Part shown: positions 37,843 through 47,511 of the stretch, piece after piece
Position numbering within the stretch: position 1 is the stretch's first letter
Layout of the letters: every line of letters begins with the position of its first letter
DNA from: a virus
Virus record (IMG/VR): IMGVR_UViG_3300029913_000003
Coordinates: 1-64,000 of that record
Length of the DNA: 64,000 nt
Reading direction: 5' to 3' (one strand)
Notes under the pieces: model-generated
What the model was told of the DNA's origin: nothing
What the model saw: only the letters and a program-made list of their open reading frames with translations
The model's database searches: none
Translations under genes and position numbers: made by a program

Positions 37843-38133
37843 ATGAAAGATAATAGATTAGTAAGAACTGAGTTAGTTACAAGAGAGATCGAAATTGATT
37901 TAACATATCATGAGATAAAAAAACTTATGATTGAAAAGTCTCCAACTGAAATTTTTGTTATGACATATAGTAGTTCCAAACCATGTATTCGTATTACTAA
38001 GCCAATATTAGATAGTGATAAAGAAATATGTGTTTGTTATGAATCATGTAAAGATAAAGATGAATATTTCCTTACATGGATAGGTTTTTATAATTTACTT
38101 GAAAAATATGGATTATCAAATATTAGATTTTAA
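37843..38133 (+). CDS. hypothetical protein
   Basis: ORF track. Confidence 0.45.
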   Translation: MKDNRLVRTELVTREIEIDLTYHEIKKLMIEKSPTEIFVMTYSSSKPCIRITKPILDSDKEICVCYESCKDKDEYFLTWIGFYNLLEKYGLSNIRF

Positions 38134-38163
38134 TATTTTATCAAATAAAAAAAATAAATTAAA

Positions 38164-38652
38164 ATGAAAATAAAAAAAGAAGATTATTATGAATATAAAC
38201 AAAATAGATCATTATCATCATTTAAACATGCATTAATTGTTATTGGTGTAGCATTTTTAGCATTTATGGCATTCCAATTTGGAACTAAAATTGGTCAAAA
38301 TACAGAATTGAATTATTATTTAAATGTAATGAATCCTGTTGACCCAAATATTGAAGTTGGGCAAACTTGGATTTATATTCTTAATAAAGATAATCCATTT
38401 GAAGATACAATTCAAATTAAGAAAAAAATTATAGGAATTAAAAATGATTATATTTTATATGTTCAAAGCAACTCTGATAGTACAATAAATAGTAATGATA
38501 CTATTAGTGAAAATGAATCTTATTTTATAATAGGATGTGAATTATTGAAATCAGATAGTACTAAATTTAATATTGAGTTTCCTATATTTAATGAAAATAT
38601 ACCTGAATATAAACCTGAATATGAATTCAAATTAAATTATATAAATAATTAA
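38164..38652 (+). CDS. membrane-anchored hypothetical protein
   Basis: One TM helix near N-terminus. Confidence 0.45.
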   Translation: MKIKKEDYYEYKQNRSLSSFKHALIVIGVAFLAFMAFQFGTKIGQNTELNYYLNVMNPVDPNIEVGQTWIYILNKDNPFEDTIQIKKKIIGIKNDYILYVQSNSDSTINSNDTISENESYFIIGCELLKSDSTKFNIEFPIFNENIPEYKPEYEFKLNYINN

Positions 38653-38656
38653 AAAT

Positions 38657-38818
38657 ATGAAAAAATTAGAATATATTAATGTATTTATTCTGATAATATT
38701 ATGTGGTATTTTAGGGTATCTAATATCTTATCCATTTGATCTCAAATTTCAAACTATAGTTATATCAGTATTATTTTTATCATATTTAACTTTTTTTTTA
38801 TATAAAAATAAAAAATAA
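38657..38818 (+). CDS. small membrane protein (53 aa)
   Basis: Hand-translated MKKLEYINVFILIILCGILGYLISYPFDLKFQTIVISVLFLSYLTFFLYKNKK*. Confidence 0.35.
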   Translation: MKKLEYINVFILIILCGILGYLISYPFDLKFQTIVISVLFLSYLTFFLYKNKK

Positions 38819-38835
38819 AGAAAAATTAAAAAATA

Positions 38836-39012
38836 ATGAGAATACTATTATATTTTATGTTGTTTATGCTAATGTCTCTAACTGGTTTATTTTGTTATTT
38901 AATATATTATCAGCCAAATGATAAATTACATATTGGATTATCAATAATAGCATTTTTTATATATTTAGGAATATTTATATATGTAGATGAAAAATCAAGA
39001 AAAATTAATTAA
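38836..39012 (+). CDS. small membrane protein (58 aa)
   Basis: Hand-translated MRILLYFMLFMLMSLTGLFCYLIYYQPNDKLHIGLSIIAFFIYLGIFIYVDEKSRKIN*. Confidence 0.35.
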   Translation: MRILLYFMLFMLMSLTGLFCYLIYYQPNDKLHIGLSIIAFFIYLGIFIYVDEKSRKIN

Positions 39013-39026
39013 TTAAATGAATAAAA

Positions 39027-39266
39027 ATGAATAAAAATAATATTACAGTCAAAGTGGAGGGAGCAACTGCAATCGGCAAATCCGCTGTTACACTAGCAAT
39101 AGTAAAAGCTCTTAAAGAATTTGGATTTGAAGTAGATTTAGAAGATACTGGACATAGAAATATTAATCATTTAGAGCATTCCATGGAGCATGATATATCA
39201 TTTTCTGAACGAATGAATACTATGAATAGTAATACTAAAGTGATAATAAAAGAAATAACAATTTAA
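39027..39266 (+). CDS. hypothetical protein
   Basis: ORF track. Confidence 0.45.
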   Translation: MNKNNITVKVEGATAIGKSAVTLAIVKALKEFGFEVDLEDTGHRNINHLEHSMEHDISFSERMNTMNSNTKVIIKEITI

Positions 39267-39268
39267 AT

Positions 39269-39571
39269 ATGAAAAGATATAGAAGATTAGAAGATATTTT
39301 AGTGTTTCATTGGACTGGTGATTTTTCAATTATTGATGAAATTAATAATGCAGTAAAATCATTTAATAAAGAACATCAAGATACTTTAAATGCAAGTAAA
39401 GATGTTGATAATGACGATAAAATTTTAATAATAACTCATAATGGAGAATATGGTACAATGAGTGAATCAGTTAAAATGAATGATTATATTATATTTGATG
39501 TAAATGAAATTGAAACATCATTAGGTGCATATTCTGAAGATTATTTAAATGATCATTTTATATTAATATAA
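39269..39571 (+). CDS. hypothetical protein
   Basis: ORF track. Confidence 0.45.
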   Translation: MKRYRRLEDILVFHWTGDFSIIDEINNAVKSFNKEHQDTLNASKDVDNDDKILIITHNGEYGTMSESVKMNDYIIFDVNEIETSLGAYSEDYLNDHFILI

Positions 39572-39743
39572 TGAAAAGAATAGAAGTCGAATTTAATGTT
39601 AAAATGATTATTGATGTTGAAGATAATCAGAATATAGAAACAGTTGTTAATACAATTGAAATTGGTGAATTTGATATAGATGAAGATGCCAATATTATAG
39701 CATGTAACATAACGAATAGAAATTATTCTAATTTTTTAAAAAA

Positions 39744-40445
39744 ATGAAAATTTTAAACATAGGGGATATTCACGGATTTGATTCATGGAAAAAATTTGTA
39801 GATGATATTTCTCAATATGATAAAATAATATTTGTAGGAGATTATGTTGATGAATATCATCTAAGTAATATTACAATATTAAATAATTTATTAGATATCA
39901 TTGAATTTAAGAAAAAATATCCAGATAAAGTTATTTTATTATTAGGTAATCATGATTATCAATATGCTATACGACCACCTAGTATGAATATTTTAGGACA
40001 TTGCTCTGGATATAGAGCAGAAATGCATTTTGATTTATATGAAATATTTCATAATAATTTAAAATTATTTCAATTATCTTATCAATACGAAAATTATATT
40101 TGGACCCATGCAGGAATTCATCGTGGATGGTATGACCATTTTTTAATAGAATTTAAAAAAGTTTCTGATTTTGAAGGTACTATATCAGATAAATTAAATT
40201 TAGCATTTGAATTTGAGTTAGAATGCTTACTTGATTGCGGATATGTACGTGGTGGATATAATAAAGTTAGCGGTCCATTGTGGGCTGATAAAACTGAATC
40301 ATGGACTAAACCATTAAAGAATTGTCATCAAATTTGCGGTCATACCCACACAGATAAAATAGTTCATCATGAAATACCAAATATAAATTCATCTGTTACA
40401 TATATTGACTCCTTGCCAGAATATTGTTACATTTTAAATATATAA
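39744..40445 (+). CDS. calcineurin-like metallophosphoesterase (PPP / ApaH / lambda-phosphatase-like)
   Basis: GDIHG ... FVGDYVDEY ... LLGNHDYQY ... GHTHTD. Confidence 0.6.
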   Translation: MKILNIGDIHGFDSWKKFVDDISQYDKIIFVGDYVDEYHLSNITILNNLLDIIEFKKKYPDKVILLLGNHDYQYAIRPPSMNILGHCSGYRAEMHFDLYEIFHNNLKLFQLSYQYENYIWTHAGIHRGWYDHFLIEFKKVSDFEGTISDKLNLAFEFELECLLDCGYVRGGYNKVSGPLWADKTESWTKPLKNCHQICGHTHTDKIVHHEIPNINSSVTYIDSLPEYCYILNI

Positions 40446-40448
40446 ATT

Positions 40449-40670
40449 ATGAAAATTAAAATATTTAATTACTATTTCGGTACCAGACTTGCATATGCTG
40501 ATACTATTACTAAACTTGAGTATGAATTGAATCATTGGATAGAATATGATAAACCTGAAATTAAACAATTCACACAATCAAATACTAAAGAATATTTAAT
40601 ATATACCTTTTTATATTACGAAAAAAAAGAATTAAGAAAAACAAAACTTGAAAAAATTAATGAATTATGA
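40449..40670 (+). CDS. hypothetical small protein, tail LRKTKLEKINEL
   Basis: ORF track. Confidence 0.45.
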   Translation: MKIKIFNYYFGTRLAYADTITKLEYELNHWIEYDKPEIKQFTQSNTKEYLIYTFLYYEKKELRKTKLEKINEL

Positions 40671-40885
40671 AAACAGATAAATTAAAAAATAGATTACTTG
40701 AGTTTTATATATTAGGATTCAAAAATGAAATAGATTTTTGTGATGTACCAAATAAAGAAAATCTAAAAAAATCATATTTATTAGGAAAAAAACATTCAGA
40801 TGCAGGCGATACATTTGAATCTACTGAATATTTGAACGACGATATCATTGAATATTTAATAGAAAAAGAGGAATTAAATTATTGA
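40667..40885 (+). CDS. hypothetical protein
   Basis: ATGA overlap. Confidence 0.45.
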   Translation: MKTDKLKNRLLEFYILGFKNEIDFCDVPNKENLKKSYLLGKKHSDAGDTFESTEYLNDDIIEYLIEKEELNY

Positions 40886-40907
40886 GGATGAATAAATTAT
40901 AAATAAT

Positions 40908-40931
40908 ATTTGCAATTTGCAAATTGCAAAT
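40908..40931. repeat. perfect 24-bp palindrome ATTTGCAATTTGCAAATTGCAAAT
   Basis: Self-complementary; starts an ORF-free 700-bp region holding the tRNA-like cluster. Confidence 0.6.
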
Positions 40932-41206
40932 TTAAAAATTTTATATATAGTTTATGATTGTGAGTTATTAATTTAACTATCAATTAATTAAGTTAGAGAA
41001 GCTTAACGATTTATTATTTACGTAAAAAATGATACTGATTGTGCTATAGTTTAATAGTGCTAAATGGATAAGGAATAACCAATTCCCCCATTTTAGGTGA
41101 CTTTTTTTAATTCAGTAAGACGATTAAGTTGTTTTTTTCAAAGTAAAAAAACATTGGTTACATCTATTCATTGTATTCTCAGGTGGAGATAGCTAGGTGG
41201 CGGAAA

Positions 41207-41288
41207 GGTTAGACGTTTGGGTAAAAGTCCCATTAGTGAGGTAGCTCAAAGATTATTTCTTATATAGGTTCGAGTCCTATCCTAACTA
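41207..41288 (+). tRNA. tRNA-like gene with canonical T-arm; body does not fold as a standard 76-nt cloverleaf
   Basis: T-arm ATAGG-TTCGAGT-CCTAT; acceptor GGTTAGA/CCTAACT (6/7); D-arm TGGG-TAAAAGT-CCCA; anticodon arm unresolved. Confidence 0.35.
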
Positions 41289-41298
41289 CATTTAAAAA

Positions 41299-41359
41299 TG
41301 AAAAGACGGATCTAAGCCAAAAAAGCATTAGTATGTGGGTTCAACTCCCACATTTTCAC
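41299..41359 (+). other. tRNA-like fragment (T-arm plus acceptor-like ends; too short for a full tRNA)
   Basis: GTGGG-TTCAACT-CCCAC; TGAAAAG/ATTTTCA ends; 61 nt. Confidence 0.25.
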
Positions 41360-41375
41360 TAAATAATATTAATTA

Positions 41376-41468
41376 AAGAAAGTAAGTCAAAAGGTCAGAC
41401 TAGTAAAGCCAAAAAAGCGTTTATATAAAAAATATTCATTTATGTTGGTTCGAATCCAACCTTTCTTT
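41376..41468 (+). tRNA. tRNA-like gene with canonical T-arm and D-arm plus ~20 extra nt (possible intron)
   Basis: Acceptor AAGAAAG/CTTTCTT perfect 7 bp; D-arm AGTC-AAAAGGTCA-GACT; T-arm GTTGG-TTCGAAT-CCAAC; anticodon region not canonical. Confidence 0.4.
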
Positions 41469-41635
41469 CAAAAATTTAAAAATATGAAATCACATACTCA
41501 AAAAAATAATTTTTTATTTAACTGAAAAGTTTGTGATGATGAAAAAACTTTTTTTGAATTTTTGAAATAATAATAAAATATTGAATTTTTTATTTGGTTA
41601 ATCCATAATATAGTTGTATCTTTGTAAGCTATATT

Positions 41636-41893
41636 ATGGATTTATTAATTTATATTATGAAACAAGGGGATAAAGTAGTTTGTATATGTAACACAAGAGG
41701 AGCCTTTATGGGGAGTCCAAGATTATATGTAGGTAAAACATATACAGTAAAAGATTATCATATGGTAGGATTTTCTGCAAATTTTATATGTCTTGATGAG
41801 CATCCACAATATTCATATACAGAAAAAGATTTTATAACTCAATCTGAAAATAGAAAAAATAAGTTAAATAAAATAAATAAATGTATAATATGA
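41636..41893 (+). CDS. family A-like small protein (MKQGDKVVCIC ... ENRKNKLNKI)
   Basis: ORF track. Confidence 0.5.
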   Translation: MDLLIYIMKQGDKVVCICNTRGAFMGSPRLYVGKTYTVKDYHMVGFSANFICLDEHPQYSYTEKDFITQSENRKNKLNKINKCII

Positions 41894-42078
41894 AAAAATT
41901 TAATTTAGATAGGGAGCATGGTATTTTTTGTGGAGTGTGTGCTGGATTGTCAAATTATTTTGATATTGATAAATTATTAATAAGAGTATTATTTTTGATA
42001 TTTTTTAGTTATAGTTTATTACCATATCTTATAATTGCATTAGTCAAATCAAATAATGATACTGATGAACAAACATAA
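41881..42078 (+). CDS. small membrane protein
   Basis: Hydrophobic core. Confidence 0.4.
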   Translation: MYNMKKFNLDREHGIFCGVCAGLSNYFDIDKLLIRVLFLIFFSYSLLPYLIIALVKSNNDTDEQT

Positions 42079-42463
42079 AAATAAAAAAGTTTCATTCGAT
42101 TTTGATAGTACATTATCAAAAACTAATATTCAGGATTATGCAAAATTATTGATCGAAAAAGGAATAGAAGTTCATATTGTAACTGATAGATTTGAAAATA
42201 CAACTAAATGCGCATACACAAATGATTATTTGTTTGAAGTAGTTGAAAAATTAGGAATTAATAAAAATAATATTCATTTCCTTAATATGACAGATAAACA
42301 TAAATTTTTTTTAGATAATTCAGATTTTATTTGGCATCTTGATGATGATGATATTGCTATGAGTTTTATTAATGCGGAAACAAATGTTATATGTATATTA
42401 AATGATAAAATGATAGATTGGAAAGTTAACTGCAATAATTTATTACAAAAATATATAAAATGA
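42056..42463 (+). CDS. HAD-superfamily hydrolase-like small protein
   Basis: VSFDFDSTLS matches HAD motif I DxDxT. Confidence 0.4.
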   Translation: MILMNKHKNKKVSFDFDSTLSKTNIQDYAKLLIEKGIEVHIVTDRFENTTKCAYTNDYLFEVVEKLGINKNNIHFLNMTDKHKFFLDNSDFIWHLDDDDIAMSFINAETNVICILNDKMIDWKVNCNNLLQKYIK

Positions 42464-42675
42464 AAAAAGGTAAAAAATTAAAAATATTCTTATGTTTTTT
42501 CGTGATATTATTAATGTCATTTTATTTAATTGATCTTGTATCATATTATTTAATAGGCGCTGAAATTAATATTAAGTATTTTATATTTGATACAATTGCT
42601 ATAATATATTGGATTTATCTTTTGAAAAATACTATTAAAAATAAAAACAAAAAAAGTGAAACAATAACTAAATAA
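42460..42675 (+). CDS. small membrane protein
   Basis: ATGA overlap; two TM helices. Confidence 0.45.
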   Translation: MKKGKKLKIFLCFFVILLMSFYLIDLVSYYLIGAEINIKYFIFDTIAIIYWIYLLKNTIKNKNKKSETITK

Positions 42676-42712
42676 AAATATAAACCAAATAAAAAATTAA
42701 ACATAAATAAAT

Positions 42713-43033
42713 ATGGAAACTAAATTATCAAAGGAAGAATTGCAAGAGCAATTGAATATAATTGAAGAAAAAGAAAAAGAATTGAAAGAAGAAATTTTTT
42801 ATCAAGATTATTCTGATCTTACATTTTTTCAATTATGGAAAAATCATAACGATTGGAAAAGAATTATTATATTTGATATTATTTATAGTATTATAATTGC
42901 TGCATTATGTTATCATACAATATTATTACCAGTAATATTTATTCCTACTGCAATTCTTTTTTTAGCTTCTTTATCAACTGCATTAGACGTTAAGATGAAA
43001 ATTAATAGCATTAAAAAGAAAAGAACAAATTAA
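42713..43033 (+). CDS. small membrane protein
   Basis: TM helices in the C-terminal half. Confidence 0.45.
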   Translation: METKLSKEELQEQLNIIEEKEKELKEEIFYQDYSDLTFFQLWKNHNDWKRIIIFDIIYSIIIAALCYHTILLPVIFIPTAILFLASLSTALDVKMKINSIKKKRTN

Positions 43034-43112
43034 AATTTAATATGAATGAAATAGAAATATATGATTATAAATTTCTAATAGTAATTAATATTATATAATA
43101 TAAAATTAAATT

Positions 43113-43511
43113 ATGGAATCAGATTCAAAATGTCCAAAATGTGGTTCATATAGATTCTACGATGGTACTAAATGTACAAATTGTGGATATAAGAATGATA
43201 ATCCTGATGATGATATAATTATATGTCCTGGATTTTTTAAATATGATAAATTAAATATGATAAATATGGTGTGGGGAGTTGATAGTGGAAGTATAGATGA
43301 TAAAATTTTAAAGCCATTAGGATTAGTTTGTGATGGAGGTGGATCATTTAAAAATAATGAGCTTAGTTATCATGTTACAAATATTAATAGTAATAAAAAT
43401 AAAATTGATATTTATCTTACTAAAAAAGAATTTAATAATATTGAAAATTATATGAAAAAATATAATAAAGAAATTAGATTAAAAAAATTAAAAATATTAA
43501 ATTTAAAATAA
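43113..43511 (+). CDS. zinc-ribbon protein with IRLKKLKILNLK tail
   Basis: CPKCGSY...CTNCGY. Confidence 0.5.
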   Translation: MESDSKCPKCGSYRFYDGTKCTNCGYKNDNPDDDIIICPGFFKYDKLNMINMVWGVDSGSIDDKILKPLGLVCDGGGSFKNNELSYHVTNINSNKNKIDIYLTKKEFNNIENYMKKYNKEIRLKKLKILNLK

Positions 43512-43692
43512 AAATGGAAAAAGCAACTTATTGTATAGGAGTAAATGAAGTAGGAATTAATTCATATGTAGAACATGAAATTCCTGAAAACGATGTAGAT
43601 GAATCAACAGTGTTAACGCCTGATGTTGATATTAATGAATCTTATAATGAAACAGATGGATTAATTAATGATGTAAAATAAAATTATAGAAT

Positions 43693-44106
43693 ATGAATAT
43701 GAAAAAAATTATAATTCTTCTTATACTTGGATTTGGAATATTTTCAAATTCATATTCTATTGATAAATATTCTATTGATAGCGTAAAAATAAGAGTAAAT
43801 AATGTAAAATATGAAAATTGTTATACTCTATATGAATGGCAATCTTGGCAAAAAGTCAATGGTCAATTGTATATAGATAAAGATAATAAAAGAATAACTT
43901 TAGCATTAAATATGCCTAAAGTATACATTTATATGAATGAAAAACTTGAAAGATATAGTAATAATATAAATTTTGATTGTTTTTATACGAATGATGTTTA
44001 TACGCTATCTATTTATATGTATAATAATGATACATATTTTTATATTTTAGATGACTTTAATCAAATTGAAATAATTTATAAATTAAATAAAAAATGGAAG
44101 AATTAA
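43693..44106 (+). CDS. secreted/exported hypothetical protein
   Basis: N-terminal signal-peptide-like MKKIIILLILGFGIFSNSYS. Confidence 0.45.
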   Translation: MNMKKIIILLILGFGIFSNSYSIDKYSIDSVKIRVNNVKYENCYTLYEWQSWQKVNGQLYIDKDNKRITLALNMPKVYIYMNEKLERYSNNINFDCFYTNDVYTLSIYMYNNDTYFYILDDFNQIEIIYKLNKKWKN

Positions 44107-44522
44107 AACAAGGCACAAGAGTAAAATATCATGAGCAATTACTTATTGGAACAGGTAAAATTGTTGGAGTGGTAACAAATGATATGCCTTTAACTGGTAG
44201 ATTATATATAGTTGAACCAGATGAAAAAGTAATTAGTGAAATTTATCATTATTCAAATATCGCAGTATTCGAAAGTAATTTAGAAGTTATAGATGAAATA
44301 AAAATAAAAAAAGCATTTTTATCATTTGAAGATAACTTAAACATTAAAGATCTTGAAATAGAAGATGGAAACCAATTTAAATGCTTTCATATTGATTTAA
44401 CTGAAGGTGAAGATAATGGTATGTATATCAAACTTTGTTCTTGGGATGAAAATTTAGAGCATAAAAATTTTGATCAATTTATAGGCAAAAAAGTTAAAAT
44501 AACTATTGAAGAAATAAATTAA
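44094..44522 (+). CDS. hypothetical protein
   Basis: ORF track. Confidence 0.45.
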   Translation: MEELKQGTRVKYHEQLLIGTGKIVGVVTNDMPLTGRLYIVEPDEKVISEIYHYSNIAVFESNLEVIDEIKIKKAFLSFEDNLNIKDLEIEDGNQFKCFHIDLTEGEDNGMYIKLCSWDENLEHKNFDQFIGKKVKITIEEIN

Positions 44523-44525
44523 ATT

Positions 44526-44738
44526 ATGAAAAAATTTTTAATGTCATATTTTGCAATTATTTGGGAAGTCAAATATAGTATATTGACTACATGGTTGTTT
44601 TTCTTTTTATTAGCAACGTGCAGTAAATCACCTTTTAGTTTTTTACATTTAGCGATTTCATCATTTTGTTTTGTATTAGGAATTATTTCATTTATAATTT
44701 TATTTATAACTTTATTATCAAATCATAGATATAAATAA
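44526..44738 (+). CDS. small membrane protein
   Basis: Two TM helices. Confidence 0.4.
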   Translation: MKKFLMSYFAIIWEVKYSILTTWLFFFLLATCSKSPFSFLHLAISSFCFVLGIISFIILFITLLSNHRYK

Positions 44739-44739
44739 T

Positions 44740-44958
44740 ATGAAAATAGGAGAATTAATAGATTTAAACTCAGAAGCTCATGAAATTATAAATTCCAATT
44801 TAAGTTGGAATGTTAAATATGATTTGATTTTTTCTGATGATATGTCATCAAAAGTTAAATTAGATTATTATGATCCAGACACATCATATGAAGAAGATGT
44901 ACTAGCTTGGATTGGAGCCTTTGATGAATATTTAAAATATAATAACATATTAAAATGA
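44740..44958 (+). CDS. hypothetical acidic small protein
   Basis: ORF track. Confidence 0.4.
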   Translation: MKIGELIDLNSEAHEIINSNLSWNVKYDLIFSDDMSSKVKLDYYDPDTSYEEDVLAWIGAFDEYLKYNNILK

Positions 44959-45575
44959 AAAATATCGCACTTTTTTTTGGTAGCTATAATCCTTGTCATA
45001 ATACACATATTAAGGTAGCTGAATGTGTATCTAAGTTAGATTATATTGATGAAGTGCAATTAGTAGTTTCGCCACAAAATCCATTTAAGCATGATTTAGC
45101 TGATTATAATGATAGATTTAATATGTGTGAGTTATCTGTAGAAAATTATGCTAATATCACAGTAAATCATATCGAACGTTATTTACCTTTACCATCATTT
45201 ACCATTAATGCATTAAATGAGTTAAGTAAATTAAATCCTGATACTAAATATTATATGATAATGGGGTTAGATATTTTTTTAGATATAGATAAATGGAAAA
45301 GTTATAAGGTTATATGTGAAAAATACCCTTTTTTAGTTTTACCAAGAGATTTTGATATAGAAACAAATGAAAAATGTTTTATTTATAAGAAAACTGAATT
45401 ACTCAATAGTAATGTAATTATAAATAAAGATACTGTTTTTTTGAAAGATTTTAAAATATCATCATTATCTTCAACAAAAATAAGAAATAGTGTTGCAAAT
45501 TCAGAAGATATTAGTATCTTTGTACCAGAAACAGTAAATAAATATATTCATCAACATAATCTATACAAAATATGA
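44955..45575 (+). CDS. nadD: nicotinate/nicotinamide mononucleotide adenylyltransferase (bacterial NadD-type)
   Basis: GSYNPCHNTH (HxGH-type) and ISSTKIRN (SxT.IR) motifs; 206 aa. Confidence 0.55.
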   Translation: MKNIALFFGSYNPCHNTHIKVAECVSKLDYIDEVQLVVSPQNPFKHDLADYNDRFNMCELSVENYANITVNHIERYLPLPSFTINALNELSKLNPDTKYYMIMGLDIFLDIDKWKSYKVICEKYPFLVLPRDFDIETNEKCFIYKKTELLNSNVIINKDTVFLKDFKISSLSSTKIRNSVANSEDISIFVPETVNKYIHQHNLYKI

Positions 45576-45883
45576 TTTATGTAACAACTACTTATTCCGA
45601 TGATTATACCCATATTGAAAATGTATGGGATGTAAATGTAGATAATGTTGAAGAACTTTATAAAATTTTTATTACTGAAAAATCAATAGAGATGAATATT
45701 ATTATAAATAAATATTGGTTAAATATAATGGATTTTGAACTTTTTCATAAACATTTAACAAAAACACAATATAATAATTTATCTAAAAAATGGAAAAAGT
45801 TTTTACGTTTATGGAATAAAGATAAATTCATTTTTGAAAAATTAAATGGATTAAAATTAGAATTTAAATGTTTATCTAATTAA
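45572..45883 (+). CDS. hypothetical protein
   Basis: ATGA overlap. Confidence 0.45.
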   Translation: MIYVTTTYSDDYTHIENVWDVNVDNVEELYKIFITEKSIEMNIIINKYWLNIMDFELFHKHLTKTQYNNLSKKWKKFLRLWNKDKFIFEKLNGLKLEFKCLSN

Positions 45884-45889
45884 TAAAAT

Positions 45890-46261
45890 ATGCATAATTT
45901 CAGTGAACTGTTAAATTTTAATACATTAGAAGAAGGTCAAAAAAATTTGAATAAAGCGGTTGAAATTCGAGATATGATGGGAGGAGAATTATATTGGAAC
46001 ATAGCTAATGATGATTGTGATGAAATTTCAAATAAGCTTGTTGATCTTAAAGTTAAATTGTTCAAAATAAAAGAAAAACTTAACGGCATAAGTATTAAAG
46101 TTATTAAATTTTATTTAAGAATAAAAAAAATAGAATATTTAGATTCATCTTTAAATAGTAATGATAATAGATGTTTTGGATATTATATTCTAGATACTAT
46201 AGAATTTAAATATATTGAAAATTTTTACAATAAAATTGATATAAATATATGGAAAATATAA
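45890..46261 (+). CDS. hypothetical protein
   Basis: ORF track. Confidence 0.45.
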   Translation: MHNFSELLNFNTLEEGQKNLNKAVEIRDMMGGELYWNIANDDCDEISNKLVDLKVKLFKIKEKLNGISIKVIKFYLRIKKIEYLDSSLNSNDNRCFGYYILDTIEFKYIENFYNKIDINIWKI

Positions 46262-46482
46262 ACGAATTATCTTTAAAATTAAAGAATGAATTGATTAATG
46301 ATTTAATGACATCTCCAAGAAATTTAGATGTAGAATATCTTCATGTTGGAATGAAAGTATACTCCAGACGAGAGTTGGCTAATGAAATTAAAAATGAAAC
46401 TGAATTTGGATTAGAGTGGCTAGCAACATCAATAACTGTTGCAATAAATATAATTGCTAAGGATTCATTAAAAAATAAATAA
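46249..46482 (+). CDS. hypothetical protein
   Basis: ORF track. Confidence 0.4.
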   Translation: MENINELSLKLKNELINDLMTSPRNLDVEYLHVGMKVYSRRELANEIKNETEFGLEWLATSITVAINIIAKDSLKNK

Positions 46483-46516
46483 AGAAAATTATAATAAACA
46501 ATAAATAAAAATTAAA

Positions 46517-46855
46517 ATGAAAGAAAAAATTAAAGAATACCCAGTTATTACGACAGAAGAATTCGAAGCAAAAAAATTATTTATGATAATTGATGTTCTT
46601 GATATATTTTATAAAAAGCATATCAAAAATAGTATAGAGTCAGTAAATATTGTTCTTAATTTTTTTGATAAATTCTCAAAAGAAAATAATATACAATGTA
46701 AAAATTTGTATGTAGTATCATTTGAATATAAAGGAGATGTAGTAGGATATTATGGATGCTGTGATATATTATCAGATGAATATTTAGAAAAATTTAGTGA
46801 CTATTGCGATAATATCGGATTAGATTTAGATTATTATATCGAAGATAATGATTAA
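46517..46855 (+). CDS. hypothetical protein
   Basis: ORF track. Confidence 0.45.
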   Translation: MKEKIKEYPVITTEEFEAKKLFMIIDVLDIFYKKHIKNSIESVNIVLNFFDKFSKENNIQCKNLYVVSFEYKGDVVGYYGCCDILSDEYLEKFSDYCDNIGLDLDYYIEDND

Positions 46856-47312
46856 TTTAAAAAAAATTAACGGAAATGAAATTATAGATTTCATTAACAA
46901 ATCATATGAAGATAATGATGATCTTGATGATTGCTCACTAGGATTTCCACTTACATTTGAAAGTCAAAGAATTTTCAATGACAGATATGAATTGAGATTT
47001 ATGTCCCGTTATAATAATTGGGGTAGTAACGGTACATTACAACCTATATCTGATAATATTATTGCTATTGATGAAGAAGGTAATATTATAATAGGATTAG
47101 AAGAACCTTTTGAAGATGATGAAAGTTCTGATATATTAGAAGATATACTAAGCAAATGGTTACCTACTCATGTTTTCAGTGATCAATCTGAAAATTTTAA
47201 TAATATAATGATTGACGCACGTGAAAAAATTAATAAAATTTCTATTAACGATATAAATCTTATGGATAATATAATCAAACAATTAACCAATGCTAGAACA
47301 ATGATGAAATAA
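46848..47312 (+). CDS. hypothetical acidic protein
   Basis: ORF track. Confidence 0.45.
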   Translation: MINLKKINGNEIIDFINKSYEDNDDLDDCSLGFPLTFESQRIFNDRYELRFMSRYNNWGSNGTLQPISDNIIAIDEEGNIIIGLEEPFEDDESSDILEDILSKWLPTHVFSDQSENFNNIMIDAREKINKISINDINLMDNIIKQLTNARTMMK

Positions 47313-47313
47313 T

Positions 47314-47511
47314 ATGAATGCTACTGAAATTGTTACAAATAGAGAAGATTTTAAAGATAAATTAAAAAAACTTTTCATTCCATCATGTATAAAGGATTTT
47401 GGTGATATAGAACCATTTAACATAGGATACGCAATGAAAAACTGGACATTTTTTTATTATTCTGTTGAAAATATTGGAATACATACAGTAGAATTAATTG
47501 AAAATAAATAA
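47314..47511 (+). CDS. hypothetical small protein
   Basis: ORF track. Confidence 0.4.
   Translation: MNATEIVTNREDFKDKLKKLFIPSCIKDFGDIEPFNIGYAMKNWTFFYYSVENIGIHTVELIENK

Noticed and set aside
41040-41110. Additional tRNA-like segment GTGCTATAGTTTAATAGTGCTAAATGG...GGTGAC
   Set aside because: No T-arm consensus and no consistent acceptor pairing. Likely just AT-rich spacer.
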